From assembly GCA_044225175.1 (NCBI GenBank), contig JBGAJA010000005.1, forward strand, positions 17,869 to 81,868: a stretch of 64,000 nt of DNA, given 5' to 3'. A program made the position numbers and the translations under genes. Below, piece after piece: positions 26,159 to 35,656 of the stretch; within the stretch, counting starts at the first letter, position 1, and every line of letters begins with the position of its first letter. The notes under the pieces are model-generated. The model had not been told where the DNA came from, searched no databases, and worked only from the letters and a program-made list of their open reading frames with translations. Origin of the DNA: Candidatus Omnitrophota bacterium (GTDB lineage: Bacteria > Omnitrophota > Gorgyraeia > Zapsychrales > Fredricksoniimonadaceae).

Positions 26159-29100
26159 ATGCGAAGACTAATAGTCGCTCTAATCTTGGTTTGCTTTATT
26201 ATAAGCTCTTTGATTCCTATGCCTGCCAATGCCCAGGAATTTGCTTTGCCTGTCCCTGGGACGATGATTCATCTAAGTTCCCAATACACTCCAGCCCATT
26301 TAGCTGGCCTTGTGATCCACCCCGAAGATCCATTCAAATTTGATTTTTTAATTCATCGTGGCGATCAATTCGTAGGGGATGGGCTTGCCCCATCCCAAGA
26401 AGGGCGAATGCAAGATTCGCCCCTACAAGATAAACAGGTGGTCTATTCAAAATTAATTAAATACTTCCTAGCTTCACTAACCGTCCCCGATGAAGACCAA
26501 TGGGTAAATTTATCTCCCTATGAGAAGGAGCGTATCATTAATGAGAATTTTGGTAAAACAGAGATGGGGCGAGATCTGTTGGCCCAGGACTATCTATTGA
26601 AACAGATCACCGCATCCATGATTTATCCCCAAGACAAGTTAGGAGAGAAGTTTTGGGAGAAGGTGTACAGGCAAGCATGGGAGAAGTACAAGACAACCAA
26701 TATCCCAGTAAATACGTTTAATAAAGTATGGATAGTTCCCGATGAAGCAGCCGTGTACGAATCAGGGAATACAGTGTATGTGTTAAAGAACCATTTAAAA
26801 GTCATGTTAGAAGAAGATTACCTAGCCAAGAAAAAGGTGTCTGACACCTTTTTGGATGGAGCAGGTGTTAAAAAGGTGTCAGACACCTTTTTGACAAGCC
26901 AGGTGATGCGGCAGATCATTTTGCCGGAGTTGGAGCGTGAAGTTAATGAAGGGAAGAACTTTGCAAATCTTAGGCAGATCTATAGTGGGATGATCTTAGC
27001 TACATGGTACAAACGAAGCCTTAAGGAATCCATTCTTTCTAAAGCCTATGCCAATAAATCGAAGGTCAAGGGGGTCAATCAGGTTGATACCAAGGCCAAT
27101 GAGGATATATATCAGCAATATTTGAAATCCTTTAAGAAGGGAGTATTTAACTACATCAAAGAGGATGTGGATAAGTATTCGAAACAGGCTATTCCTAGGA
27201 AGTATTTTTCAGGTGGAATGACCCATGGGTTAGAGAAAGTGAATGTTTATAGTTCAGATAAAGCCATGCCGGCTGAATATCGTCCTGATGCCGCGACGCT
27301 ATCAGGCCTTGATATAGCTCAGGTATTACTAAGAACGGATAGGGAAATAACAGATATAAGAAATGATGCTAGTAGAAGAATAGACATCAATTTGTCTGAA
27401 TTTATTTATAAATTCTTGTTAACTAAGTCAGGAATATACAGATTATTTAAAGGAAATCCCCCTATTCAAATGTCTAGATCATGGAACATCAAAAGAGAAA
27501 AGAAGAGTGAAGATCAAGAATTGCCAGACCGTAGTTATTATGAGCAATTGAATGATGAAAATGATGCTAAATCTTTTGATGAATTGATGGCGCAGCTATT
27601 GCCTCAAGTCCTAAATAATAAGATTCCAGGCATTCTTTATAAGCCCAATCAAGCAGGAAATGGGCGAGGAATATTCTTTATTGAGAGAAATTCAGAGGGT
27701 GGTTTAACAGTAACAATGCTTTCAAGACCAAAAAGACAAGGAGAGTTGTCTCCAGAGGAACTTACTCAGATTCTTAGTCCTGGTATAGAAGTCCGAACAA
27801 GTTTAGAAGAAGAAATCATGCAGTTTGATCTTCCAAAGACTATGGGTGAGAATCGTCACAGAGAGATTTTAAAGAATTTGTGGAGTTATTTATCGACAAG
27901 AGAAGGAGCTTATGATTCTGGCATCATTCAAGTGATGGAGTCTTTTGTAAAGGTTTCCAACCCGCAGGAACACAAGCGTCGTGCCTTTGATACTAGGTTT
28001 GTATTTCATGGAAATTTATCTTCTGGACGTATTAAATTTATTTCTAATGAATCAATTGGAAGGGTAGGTTCTTCGTCATACTTTTCTAATTTGGGTGGTA
28101 GTCCCAATCTTTCAGATCATCCTTATGGATTTAAAGGGGAATCAAGGCCGTATTGGTATAATAGCCAGGATATGTTTAAGCCTGTATTTGATGCTTTTCC
28201 AGAGTTGTTTGATTCTTTTAAGAATGCAAAGGCTTCTGAGGAGAAAAGAAAATTTATTGCTGACACCTACAAAAGACTTGAGGAACAATTTAGATACTTA
28301 ACCGAACGATTAAAATCCACTGGAGCTAATTTAGATTTAATGGTGGATGGACAATTTGACTTAATGTGGAAGAAACCCTTTAAAGTCGGGGATTTTCCTG
28401 AGCCGATTTTGGTTGAATCATGGATCAATCTATTAGATCCAGGAAAAGATTTGTCTGGAATTAAGTTTCAATTAGAAGCGGATAAAGATCATGCTATGGT
28501 GATTGCTGTTGGTCAAAAAGAGAAGTTTATACTTCCTCATGGGGTATCGTGGATCAAAATAGGAGAAGTTCCTATTGAAGTCACTTGCAGAGCTAGTGAG
28601 ATTTATTTGAATGCCTATAGGATTGGCTGGCATGGCCCTATTTTAAAAGATGGTTCAATCGATTTGAATGATTTAACTAATACACAAGTGCCTATTGTGG
28701 TTAATAGGTTGCCAGGTAATACCAATATATTAATTATAGAAAATAAATCGTACGAACCTTTAGGAGTTATTCCAAATTATTCAGAAGAATCATTAGGAGT
28801 TAAAAGGCATGGATTGGCTTTGTTTAAGGATCAATCATCTATTTTGTTGTTTAAGAAAGGGCGAGAACAAGATTTTATAATCATGGGGGATTACTTTAAA
28901 GTCAAATTCTCTCAAGAGGGCATTTATTTCTCATCGATGGCATTTGGAATCGAAGATGATTTTATAAAACAAGGAGAGTCGAAGGATTATGACTTGAGAA
29001 ATGGGACAGCTTTTACACTTGAAGTTTCATCTCATGATCCTCGCCGCATCATTATTAGAAATAAACGTACCATCCCATTATATATTTCCAATATTCCGGG

Positions 29101-32100
29101 TATTGAAGATATGTCTCATATTAAAGGTAAAAATATTTTCACATTTCAAAGAACAGAACAACGGAAGCCAATTAAGATCAATGGAGTTCCTTTTACCATA
29201 GAACGTACGGGTGATTCTTTTTTTGTAAGATCCCCATTCTATGAGGGATTCTTATCGATGCGTCAGCAAGAGTCTTTAGATGTTCGTATTCCAGATCAGC
29301 CTCAAATTAATCAAAAAGCTTTTCAGATTAGATTTTTGATTCCAAGCGGTGGGTATGACTTTGTTATTCTGAATCTGACAGAAGAATCTTTGATTATTGA
29401 GGAAGATCAAACTTCAGCTATTTGGATAGGGGATCGAAAACCTTCTCCTTTATGGAAAGATTTAGAGGAAACTTTAATTGAAGTGGAAGGCCAAAGTAAA
29501 AATGAAGTTAATAAAGCAGTGAGGCTGTTGAAAGAAAAGCCTATAACAGTGTGGAAGATAGGCGTCTATGAGGGTAGATGGACTCAAGATATTGCAAGAA
29601 GAAATGAGAATATAGGACTAATTGTAACTGAGAATTTTTCTGCACAAACTAATTCCAGGCCTGGAGACTCATTGGATGATTGGAGGCGAGGATCTTTGGA
29701 TGTTCAAATACAGCAACCTGATAATTTAGCTGTCCTTAATGGTTCAGTTCGCAGTATCCTTAGTAATATGCCGGATAATTCTTTAGATACTATTATTTTT
29801 GAGAATACTGAAGCACGCAGTTTTTCTGAAGGCCAGGAAGTAGTTGTTTTAGATGGGAGAGATAAGCAAAGAACGTGGACTTTTCTAAGTAGGAATATTT
29901 CTCTCGTGTTGAGAAAATTAAAGCCTGGTGGAAAATTGATTATTGCGCCGTACCATTTATCTAATACTTATCAAATAGCAAATAATGAATTCTACAAAAC
30001 TTGGCAGAAAAGTGAGACTCCAGGAATAGATTTCACGACAAGAAAATCATATTGGGCTTATTCTAAGGACATTGCAGTTCTGATTAAAGACAGTGCAATG
30101 AAAGCGGATCACAAGGAAGATATTATTTCAGTTGAACAGTTCAGAAAAATTATGAGCAGGGCTATTTTAAGAGCAGACCCTAATATTTTTGAATTTAAAG
30201 ATAGAACGGCATCTTTTTTTAATGCTTTTTTAAATGCATTATTAGAGCATGACATTAAGAAGGGAAGATCAGCTTCAGAGGTAATGATGGCTATATCGCA
30301 AATCATTGATTTGTTGCAGCCAGAGAACTTTACTAAACATACATTTACCAATCCTGAAGCATATGTGCGTGAATGGGTGGAGGATTATGCTCCTTATTTT
30401 AAAGAGGATAAAACTTTTGAGAAATCAGCTATTGTGGCCCTTAAGTATTTATTGAAAAATCCAGAACATCAAAGTACAGAAGCTGATGATGAGGGATTTG
30501 AAGATACGGTGGACCCAGACCAAAATGTTTCTTTCAATGATCAAGGAGCTAAATTGCTTAAAATGGCTTTTAATGCTTTGCAGTTATATGTAAAGGCTAA
30601 GGCCAAGATGAAAGCTATTTTACAAAGATTCCCAAAAATTGAATCGATGGAATTGTATCCGAATCATACCTCAACAATTTTTCTGGATAAAAAGTACCCA
30701 CAGGCACAAATCTTTTATTTAAATGGGATGGAAGCTTCTGTACAACGAGATGATCAGGGAGATGTTTTTTTATCGATTCCTGAAATTGAGATTCAATCTA
30801 AAGAAATTGAACAAGGAGGATTTGTTTCTTACGATATAAGAGGAGTCAGTGTTGGGATCCAATTATCAGATTATACAGATCGTGTGGTTATTAAGAACTT
30901 GAACCCAATGGTACCCATGGTTCTAGCCATCGAGAATTTACCAGCCATTGTTGAAAGTTCTTCTATATTTAATGAAGAGCAAAATTCTTTGAATGACTCT
31001 TTTTTTCTTCCCTGGCGTGAGAGAGCCACACTTTCTTTTTTCGGAAATGAAAATACTGAGAAAGAATTTCAGTTAAATGGAAGGGTTTTTAAGGTCCTTT
31101 TCTTATCTAAAGGTAGTATTTTATTACAGCATGGCAGCTCAAATGAATTTATTCCCTCGAAAAGTTCCAAGATAATTTCTCTGCCTGCAGATGAAAAGAG
31201 TAATAATTCTCTTAATGTCAGCATATCATCTCCTCAAGGACAGTTAAAATTGACAATTGTGAATCTAAGTGAGCAATCCTTAAAAATTGAAAATAAATTT
31301 AATCGCTTAGCGGACGTGGCGCGAGATTCTGAGAAGATCGTTATTAGTACAATTGAGCAAGTAGAAGAAATTGCCAAATCTTATGTGCAAGATACTCGTT
31401 TAGGAGAACAAATGGTTAAGGACACGAATTTGGGGGAAGATGATTTGATTGTAGTTTTGACATTTATTCTTCTTGATAAATATTTAAATGAGAAAAATAT
31501 AGATTTAAATATTGAAGATCCCCAGCAATTAACTCGGGAAGTCAAGAAGCGCGCCAAGAATATTAAATGGCGAGAGTACCTCGTTAAGAAATTTAATCTT
31601 AAGCAGAGAGGTCAAAGAAATAATAGGGGTAGTAGCAGGAATGAAATTATAAATCCTTCTTATGAAACTTCAGATTCTCTAAATACCTCAGGGCAGATTA
31701 CACATGGTGAGTTTTATGCGCGATTACAGATGTTAAAAGAGGGGTTAAGAGCATTAATAGATTCTTGGGAAACACGACAGGAATACTCGGACACTTTTAG
31801 AGAAGAAAGTACTATAAAGTTCTTACTTACCACGGAAAATTTTCTTAGAGTTATTCAAACTTTAGATAATGATCGTGTCAATATTGAGAATTTAAGTCTT
31901 GAGTTTGGTTTTGAATCAGCTGGCTTTATAAATAATCTTAAGAAGTCTATTGAATCCAATGCCATACAATCGGAAGTAAGTTACATTATCAATACGATTG
32001 CTCTGATTTTAGGAATGGATAAGAAAAATCCTAATTATTTTTATACGATGACAGGGGATGAAGATGATAAATCCCTTAAAGAACTTACAATTTATAAACA

Positions 32101-32371
32101 TGCTAAGCAGATTTCTAGAATTAATGGGAGTGGAAGTCATGATGCGGCTATGGTTGCGTTGAATAAAGGAGGTATTGATTTTAATTCGTCCAATTTAAAT
32201 CTTCAAATCAAACGTGATGGCAAGGGTGTGCCATTGCCTTTTGCCCAGCAAGATATGGCCCAAATCAATAATATTGAGGGCTTTGTGCCAGTGATTCTAG
32301 AGATCAAACCTGCCGGTAACTTGCCTTTTTTTTCCGAACTTCAGGCGCAGAATAAGTTTGCGACTAGATAG
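26159..32371 (+). CDS. Giant secreted modular protein 2: conserved N-domain + ATP-grasp-like, beta repeats, TrmB-like methyltransferase, helical modules + conserved C-domain
   Basis: 2070-aa ORF; signal peptide ..PANA-Q; WVNLSPYEK, TEMGRDLLAQDYLLKQITAS, IPRKYFSGG; C-terminal GGIDFN..LQIKRDG.GVPLP. Confidence 0.88.
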   Translation: MRRLIVALILVCFIISSLIPMPANAQEFALPVPGTMIHLSSQYTPAHLAGLVIHPEDPFKFDFLIHRGDQFVGDGLAPSQEGRMQDSPLQDKQVVYSKLIKYFLASLTVPDEDQWVNLSPYEKERIINENFGKTEMGRDLLAQDYLLKQITASMIYPQDKLGEKFWEKVYRQAWEKYKTTNIPVNTFNKVWIVPDEAAVYESGNTVYVLKNHLKVMLEEDYLAKKKVSDTFLDGAGVKKVSDTFLTSQVMRQIILPELEREVNEGKNFANLRQIYSGMILATWYKRSLKESILSKAYANKSKVKGVNQVDTKANEDIYQQYLKSFKKGVFNYIKEDVDKYSKQAIPRKYFSGGMTHGLEKVNVYSSDKAMPAEYRPDAATLSGLDIAQVLLRTDREITDIRNDASRRIDINLSEFIYKFLLTKSGIYRLFKGNPPIQMSRSWNIKREKKSEDQELPDRSYYEQLNDENDAKSFDELMAQLLPQVLNNKIPGILYKPNQAGNGRGIFFIERNSEGGLTVTMLSRPKRQGELSPEELTQILSPGIEVRTSLEEEIMQFDLPKTMGENRHREILKNLWSYLSTREGAYDSGIIQVMESFVKVSNPQEHKRRAFDTRFVFHGNLSSGRIKFISNESIGRVGSSSYFSNLGGSPNLSDHPYGFKGESRPYWYNSQDMFKPVFDAFPELFDSFKNAKASEEKRKFIADTYKRLEEQFRYLTERLKSTGANLDLMVDGQFDLMWKKPFKVGDFPEPILVESWINLLDPGKDLSGIKFQLEADKDHAMVIAVGQKEKFILPHGVSWIKIGEVPIEVTCRASEIYLNAYRIGWHGPILKDGSIDLNDLTNTQVPIVVNRLPGNTNILIIENKSYEPLGVIPNYSEESLGVKRHGLALFKDQSSILLFKKGREQDFIIMGDYFKVKFSQEGIYFSSMAFGIEDDFIKQGESKDYDLRNGTAFTLEVSSHDPRRIIIRNKRTIPLYISNIPGIEDMSHIKGKNIFTFQRTEQRKPIKINGVPFTIERTGDSFFVRSPFYEGFLSMRQQESLDVRIPDQPQINQKAFQIRFLIPSGGYDFVILNLTEESLIIEEDQTSAIWIGDRKPSPLWKDLEETLIEVEGQSKNEVNKAVRLLKEKPITVWKIGVYEGRWTQDIARRNENIGLIVTENFSAQTNSRPGDSLDDWRRGSLDVQIQQPDNLAVLNGSVRSILSNMPDNSLDTIIFENTEARSFSEGQEVVVLDGRDKQRTWTFLSRNISLVLRKLKPGGKLIIAPYHLSNTYQIANNEFYKTWQKSETPGIDFTTRKSYWAYSKDIAVLIKDSAMKADHKEDIISVEQFRKIMSRAILRADPNIFEFKDRTASFFNAFLNALLEHDIKKGRSASEVMMAISQIIDLLQPENFTKHTFTNPEAYVREWVEDYAPYFKEDKTFEKSAIVALKYLLKNPEHQSTEADDEGFEDTVDPDQNVSFNDQGAKLLKMAFNALQLYVKAKAKMKAILQRFPKIESMELYPNHTSTIFLDKKYPQAQIFYLNGMEASVQRDDQGDVFLSIPEIEIQSKEIEQGGFVSYDIRGVSVGIQLSDYTDRVVIKNLNPMVPMVLAIENLPAIVESSSIFNEEQNSLNDSFFLPWRERATLSFFGNENTEKEFQLNGRVFKVLFLSKGSILLQHGSSNEFIPSKSSKIISLPADEKSNNSLNVSISSPQGQLKLTIVNLSEQSLKIENKFNRLADVARDSEKIVISTIEQVEEIAKSYVQDTRLGEQMVKDTNLGEDDLIVVLTFILLDKYLNEKNIDLNIEDPQQLTREVKKRAKNIKWREYLVKKFNLKQRGQRNNRGSSRNEIINPSYETSDSLNTSGQITHGEFYARLQMLKEGLRALIDSWETRQEYSDTFREESTIKFLLTTENFLRVIQTLDNDRVNIENLSLEFGFESAGFINNLKKSIESNAIQSEVSYIINTIALILGMDKKNPNYFYTMTGDEDDKSLKELTIYKHAKQISRINGSGSHDAAMVALNKGGIDFNSSNLNLQIKRDGKGVPLPFAQQDMAQINNIEGFVPVILEIKPAGNLPFFSELQAQNKFATR
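26372..26426. repeat. GTAG-type REP-like doublet inserted in-frame in giant gene 2
   Basis: GTAGGGGATGGGCTTGCCCCATCCC-aagaa-GGGCGAATGCAAGATTCGCCCCTAC; absent at the aligned position of paralogs 1 and 3. Confidence 0.82.
26831..26892. repeat. Inverted pair of 23-bp palindromes inserted in-frame in giant gene 2
   Basis: AAAAAGGTGTCTGACACCTTTTT (26831-26853) and its exact reverse complement (26870-26892); encodes KKVSDTFL twice. Confidence 0.88.
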
Positions 32372-32464
32372 ATTGAATAAAATTGTTTTATATTATATTG
32401 CAGTCGAAAATCCTTTCCGTTAATATAAATTCTGTTATATCAATTCAACCCTAGAAATTTTCCC

Positions 32465-32956
32465 ATGAACATTGATTTTTCTAAAAAAACTCTCGAACAA
32501 TACATTAATCAGCTTTCTAGCAAAGAACCTGTTCCAGGTGGAGGTTCAGCTGCAGGTTTAACAGCGGCATTAGGGGCTGGGCTGGTGAGTATGGTTGCCA
32601 ATTACTCCATTGGGCGTAAAGCTAATACCCCTGCGATCGAAAAGAAGTTAAAGGCAATTCTTACCCAAAGTGAAGCTATTCGAAAGCGTCTTTTGGAGCT
32701 TTCGAGTTTAGATTCGGAAGCTTATTTACAGGTCGTAGCTGCCAGAACTTTGGATAAATCCTCACAAAAGAAAGCTTCCAAGCAAGCTCGTGCAGTTCCC
32801 TTAGAGATTTGTAAGCTTTGTTATAAGGCTTTAGATTTAACACCTTTTTTAGTCGCTAATGGAAATCCTTATTTGATGTCAGATGTTCAGGTGGCAGTTG
32901 AACTGCTGGAGGCTGGTTTTAATGGAGCAATGGTTATGGTGAGGGTGAATTCATGA
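32465..32956 (+). CDS. fchA: Formiminotransferase-cyclodeaminase C-terminal family (methenyl-THF cyclohydrolase FchA-like)
   Basis: LSSKEPVPGGGSAA, VPLEI and GNPYLMSDV motifs; coupled to folD. Confidence 0.85.
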   Translation: MNIDFSKKTLEQYINQLSSKEPVPGGGSAAGLTAALGAGLVSMVANYSIGRKANTPAIEKKLKAILTQSEAIRKRLLELSSLDSEAYLQVVAARTLDKSSQKKASKQARAVPLEICKLCYKALDLTPFLVANGNPYLMSDVQVAVELLEAGFNGAMVMVRVNS

Positions 32957-33810
32957 GTGCGCAAATATTAGATGGTAAAATTTTGGCTTCTCAACTAAAG
33001 GCACAATTGCAAGGAGCATTGGAAGATCTTCGCAAGATTAATAAGTCGGTATCTATTGTGAGTATTACGGTCGGCCAGGATCCTAGTGCATTTTCCTACC
33101 TTAAATCTCAAAAGAGAATTGCTGATGAATTAGGGATTCAATATCGACATGAAGAGCTTTCTATCACAACTGCCTATGAAGAAACGTTAGAAGTCATGGC
33201 TTTTATTAAAGATTTGAATAACGATCCACTGATTGATGGGGTCATCATTAATAAGCCTCTTCCAAGCGATATGGATTATTCTGTCTTGGTTAATCATTTA
33301 AATCCTGCAAAAGATATTGAAGGATTAGGTGAGACTAATTTGGGACGTCTATTGCTGGGTAAGAACAATGCTCTTCTTCCTTGCACAGCTGCAGCAGCTG
33401 TTGCTTTGCTTAAATCAGCCAATGTTAACCTACAAGGCAAACAAGCTGTCATTATTGGCCGAAGTGAGATTGTAGGGAAACCTGCCGCTTTGCTTTTATT
33501 AAAAGAAAATATGACTGTGACGATCTGTCACTCTAAGACGGAGAACTTGCCGGAACATGTCAAGCAAGCAGATGTTGTTATTGCAGCTATTGGTCATAAA
33601 CGTTTTGTTAAAGGTGAATGGTTAAAACAAGGGGCGATCGTTATAGATGTAGGCATTAATGATGAAGATGGAAAGATTGTAGGAGATGTAGATTTTCAAT
33701 CCTGCCAGGAAAAAGCTTCGTTTATTTCTCCTGTTCCAGGAGGGGTTGGTCCTGTCACAGCTGTCATGTTAATGAAAAATGCATTGGAGGCTTGTAAGCA
33801 TCGAATATGA
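32953..33810 (+). CDS. folD: Methylenetetrahydrofolate dehydrogenase/cyclohydrolase
   Basis: ILDGK, KDIEG, PCT, GRSEIVGKP, IDVGIN and PVPGGVGPVT motifs. Confidence 0.96.
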   Translation: MSAQILDGKILASQLKAQLQGALEDLRKINKSVSIVSITVGQDPSAFSYLKSQKRIADELGIQYRHEELSITTAYEETLEVMAFIKDLNNDPLIDGVIINKPLPSDMDYSVLVNHLNPAKDIEGLGETNLGRLLLGKNNALLPCTAAAAVALLKSANVNLQGKQAVIIGRSEIVGKPAALLLLKENMTVTICHSKTENLPEHVKQADVVIAAIGHKRFVKGEWLKQGAIVIDVGINDEDGKIVGDVDFQSCQEKASFISPVPGGVGPVTAVMLMKNALEACKHRI

Positions 33811-34850
33811 GTAAAACGTTGATTGTAGGAAATTCTCTGGTTGTCGTAGAAGCAATAAAAACTATTCGTCAAAGTGATTTGGAGTCTGAAATTTCATTGT
33901 TCTGTACTGAAAGTCTTTTGCCCTATGATCGATATCTTCTGCCTTCTTTAGTTGCCGGAGAAATGAAAGAAAATCAAATCTGTTCTTTGAAAGAAGGATT
34001 CTTTACAAACAACCATGTCGAAGTGATTGCTAATGAAAAAATTGCCCGCGTAAGTCTTAAGAGGCAATATGTCACGACTCAAAGCAAGAAGCAAATTGAG
34101 TTTGATCAATTGTTGGTGGCGGATTTGGGTGTTTTGAAAGATTCTCCTGTTAAAGGGCATCAAAAGAAGGGTGTCTTTGACTGTTCTCTTCTTTCTTCAG
34201 TCAAAGATATGATTAAATTTCTTCCATTTGTCGACTCAGCATTCGTGAATGTTACCAATTTGCAGGGCTTTAATATGGCTTGTGCTTTACATAAATTAGG
34301 AAAAGAAGTAGTGATCGTGACTTCGGATACAACTTTATTATCAAATATATTTGATGAAGAAACAGGATCTCTGCTTAAACAAATTATTGAAGGTAAAGGT
34401 GTTCGAGTGCTTTTGAGCAGTTCTATTGATGAGATTTTAGGTGATAGTGAAATTAAGGCTATTAAATTAGCTTCTGGAAAAGTCTTTGCAACTCAAATGG
34501 TCATTTTTGACTCTCTTGAATTAGATCAAAGGCTTTTAGAGACCGATGAAGGATATCAAAAGATTGAAGATCAATTTTTTGATTCAAAATTACCTGCTTC
34601 TGGTTTGCATTTTGGGTTTAATCTTTTAAATGGTTTTTGCTTAGGGGTAACTAAAATTCCTCCAGATGGTCGAGAATATTTAAAATTTGATGGACCGGTC
34701 AATATTTTTAAAAAGATTTTTGCAAAAGGCGATGAGATGGTAGGTGCGGTATTGTTTAACTCTCCAACAGATATCCAGGGACTCTCTCAGATTATTATCA
34801 ATAAGACTTCTATATCTGGAAAAGAAGAGGCCCTCATCGGAGGTTTGTGA
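33807..34850 (+). CDS. Divergent FAD-dependent pyridine nucleotide-disulfide oxidoreductase (NirB/rubredoxin reductase-like), degenerate motifs
   Basis: Overall layout (PYDRYLLP, FDQLLVA, FDEETG..L..KGV, GAVL) fits the family, but the GxGxxG motifs are lost. Confidence 0.65.
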   Translation: MSKTLIVGNSLVVVEAIKTIRQSDLESEISLFCTESLLPYDRYLLPSLVAGEMKENQICSLKEGFFTNNHVEVIANEKIARVSLKRQYVTTQSKKQIEFDQLLVADLGVLKDSPVKGHQKKGVFDCSLLSSVKDMIKFLPFVDSAFVNVTNLQGFNMACALHKLGKEVVIVTSDTTLLSNIFDEETGSLLKQIIEGKGVRVLLSSSIDEILGDSEIKAIKLASGKVFATQMVIFDSLELDQRLLETDEGYQKIEDQFFDSKLPASGLHFGFNLLNGFCLGVTKIPPDGREYLKFDGPVNIFKKIFAKGDEMVGAVLFNSPTDIQGLSQIIINKTSISGKEEALIGGL

Positions 34851-35650
34851 TGAAACAATTTCAGGTTATTCTTTTATTGATTCTTTGTTTTGGAAACATA
34901 GCTTGGGATTGGCAGAAACCCAAAGACCAGGAGTATATGGATAAGGGTAATCAAGCTTATGCTTCTGGAAATCGTTCTGAGGCTCTTGGTCAATATCAAA
35001 ATGCATTAATGGTCAATCCAAGAAATATTAAAGCACTTAATCTTTTAGGCATTCTTTATGAAGAAATGGGTTTTCCAGAGAAGGCTGAGGAAAAATATTT
35101 AACTGCTATTAAAGTGGATAGACACTTTTTACCCCCGTATTTAAATTTAGGTTTTTTGTATTGGAATAAAGGGGATCAAAGACAAGCGACATACTTCTTT
35201 GAAGAAAGAGTCCGATTGGGAAGATCTAATGACCCTTGGACAGTCAAGGCCAAGAATGCTTTGAAGAAGATCAAAGAACAGAACGATAAGACAATTCCTG
35301 TAGAACTTCCATCACCTACGCCCGATAATTCTGAGCGTTTAAAAGATGTCAATGAAGCTTTAGATCAGTTCGAGACTCCAAAGACCAAAGTAAATGCTAT
35401 TTCATCAGCTAAGAAAATTACAGTAACAACTGAGCTCTATGGCCAAGAGGAACTCCAAGGCCAAACTCAAGAAATGGATAGTCAACAGCTTTTCAATCAA
35501 GGACAACAATTTGTCTCTCAAGGGAATTATCAAAAAGCTATTTCAGCATATGATCAAGCTTTAAAACTCACGCCAGGAAATCCTCAGATTATCAAAGCTA
35601 GGGTGGCTGCTTATTTAGAGTGGAAACAACCAGAAAATCATGAGCAATAG
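34847..35650 (+). CDS. Secreted tetratricopeptide repeat protein
   Basis: Signal peptide; TPR patterns (ALNLLGILY, YLNLGFLY, AISAYDQALKLTP). Confidence 0.88.
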   Translation: MMKQFQVILLLILCFGNIAWDWQKPKDQEYMDKGNQAYASGNRSEALGQYQNALMVNPRNIKALNLLGILYEEMGFPEKAEEKYLTAIKVDRHFLPPYLNLGFLYWNKGDQRQATYFFEERVRLGRSNDPWTVKAKNALKKIKEQNDKTIPVELPSPTPDNSERLKDVNEALDQFETPKTKVNAISSAKKITVTTELYGQEELQGQTQEMDSQQLFNQGQQFVSQGNYQKAISAYDQALKLTPGNPQIIKARVAAYLEWKQPENHEQ

Positions 35651-35656
35651 GCTGTA

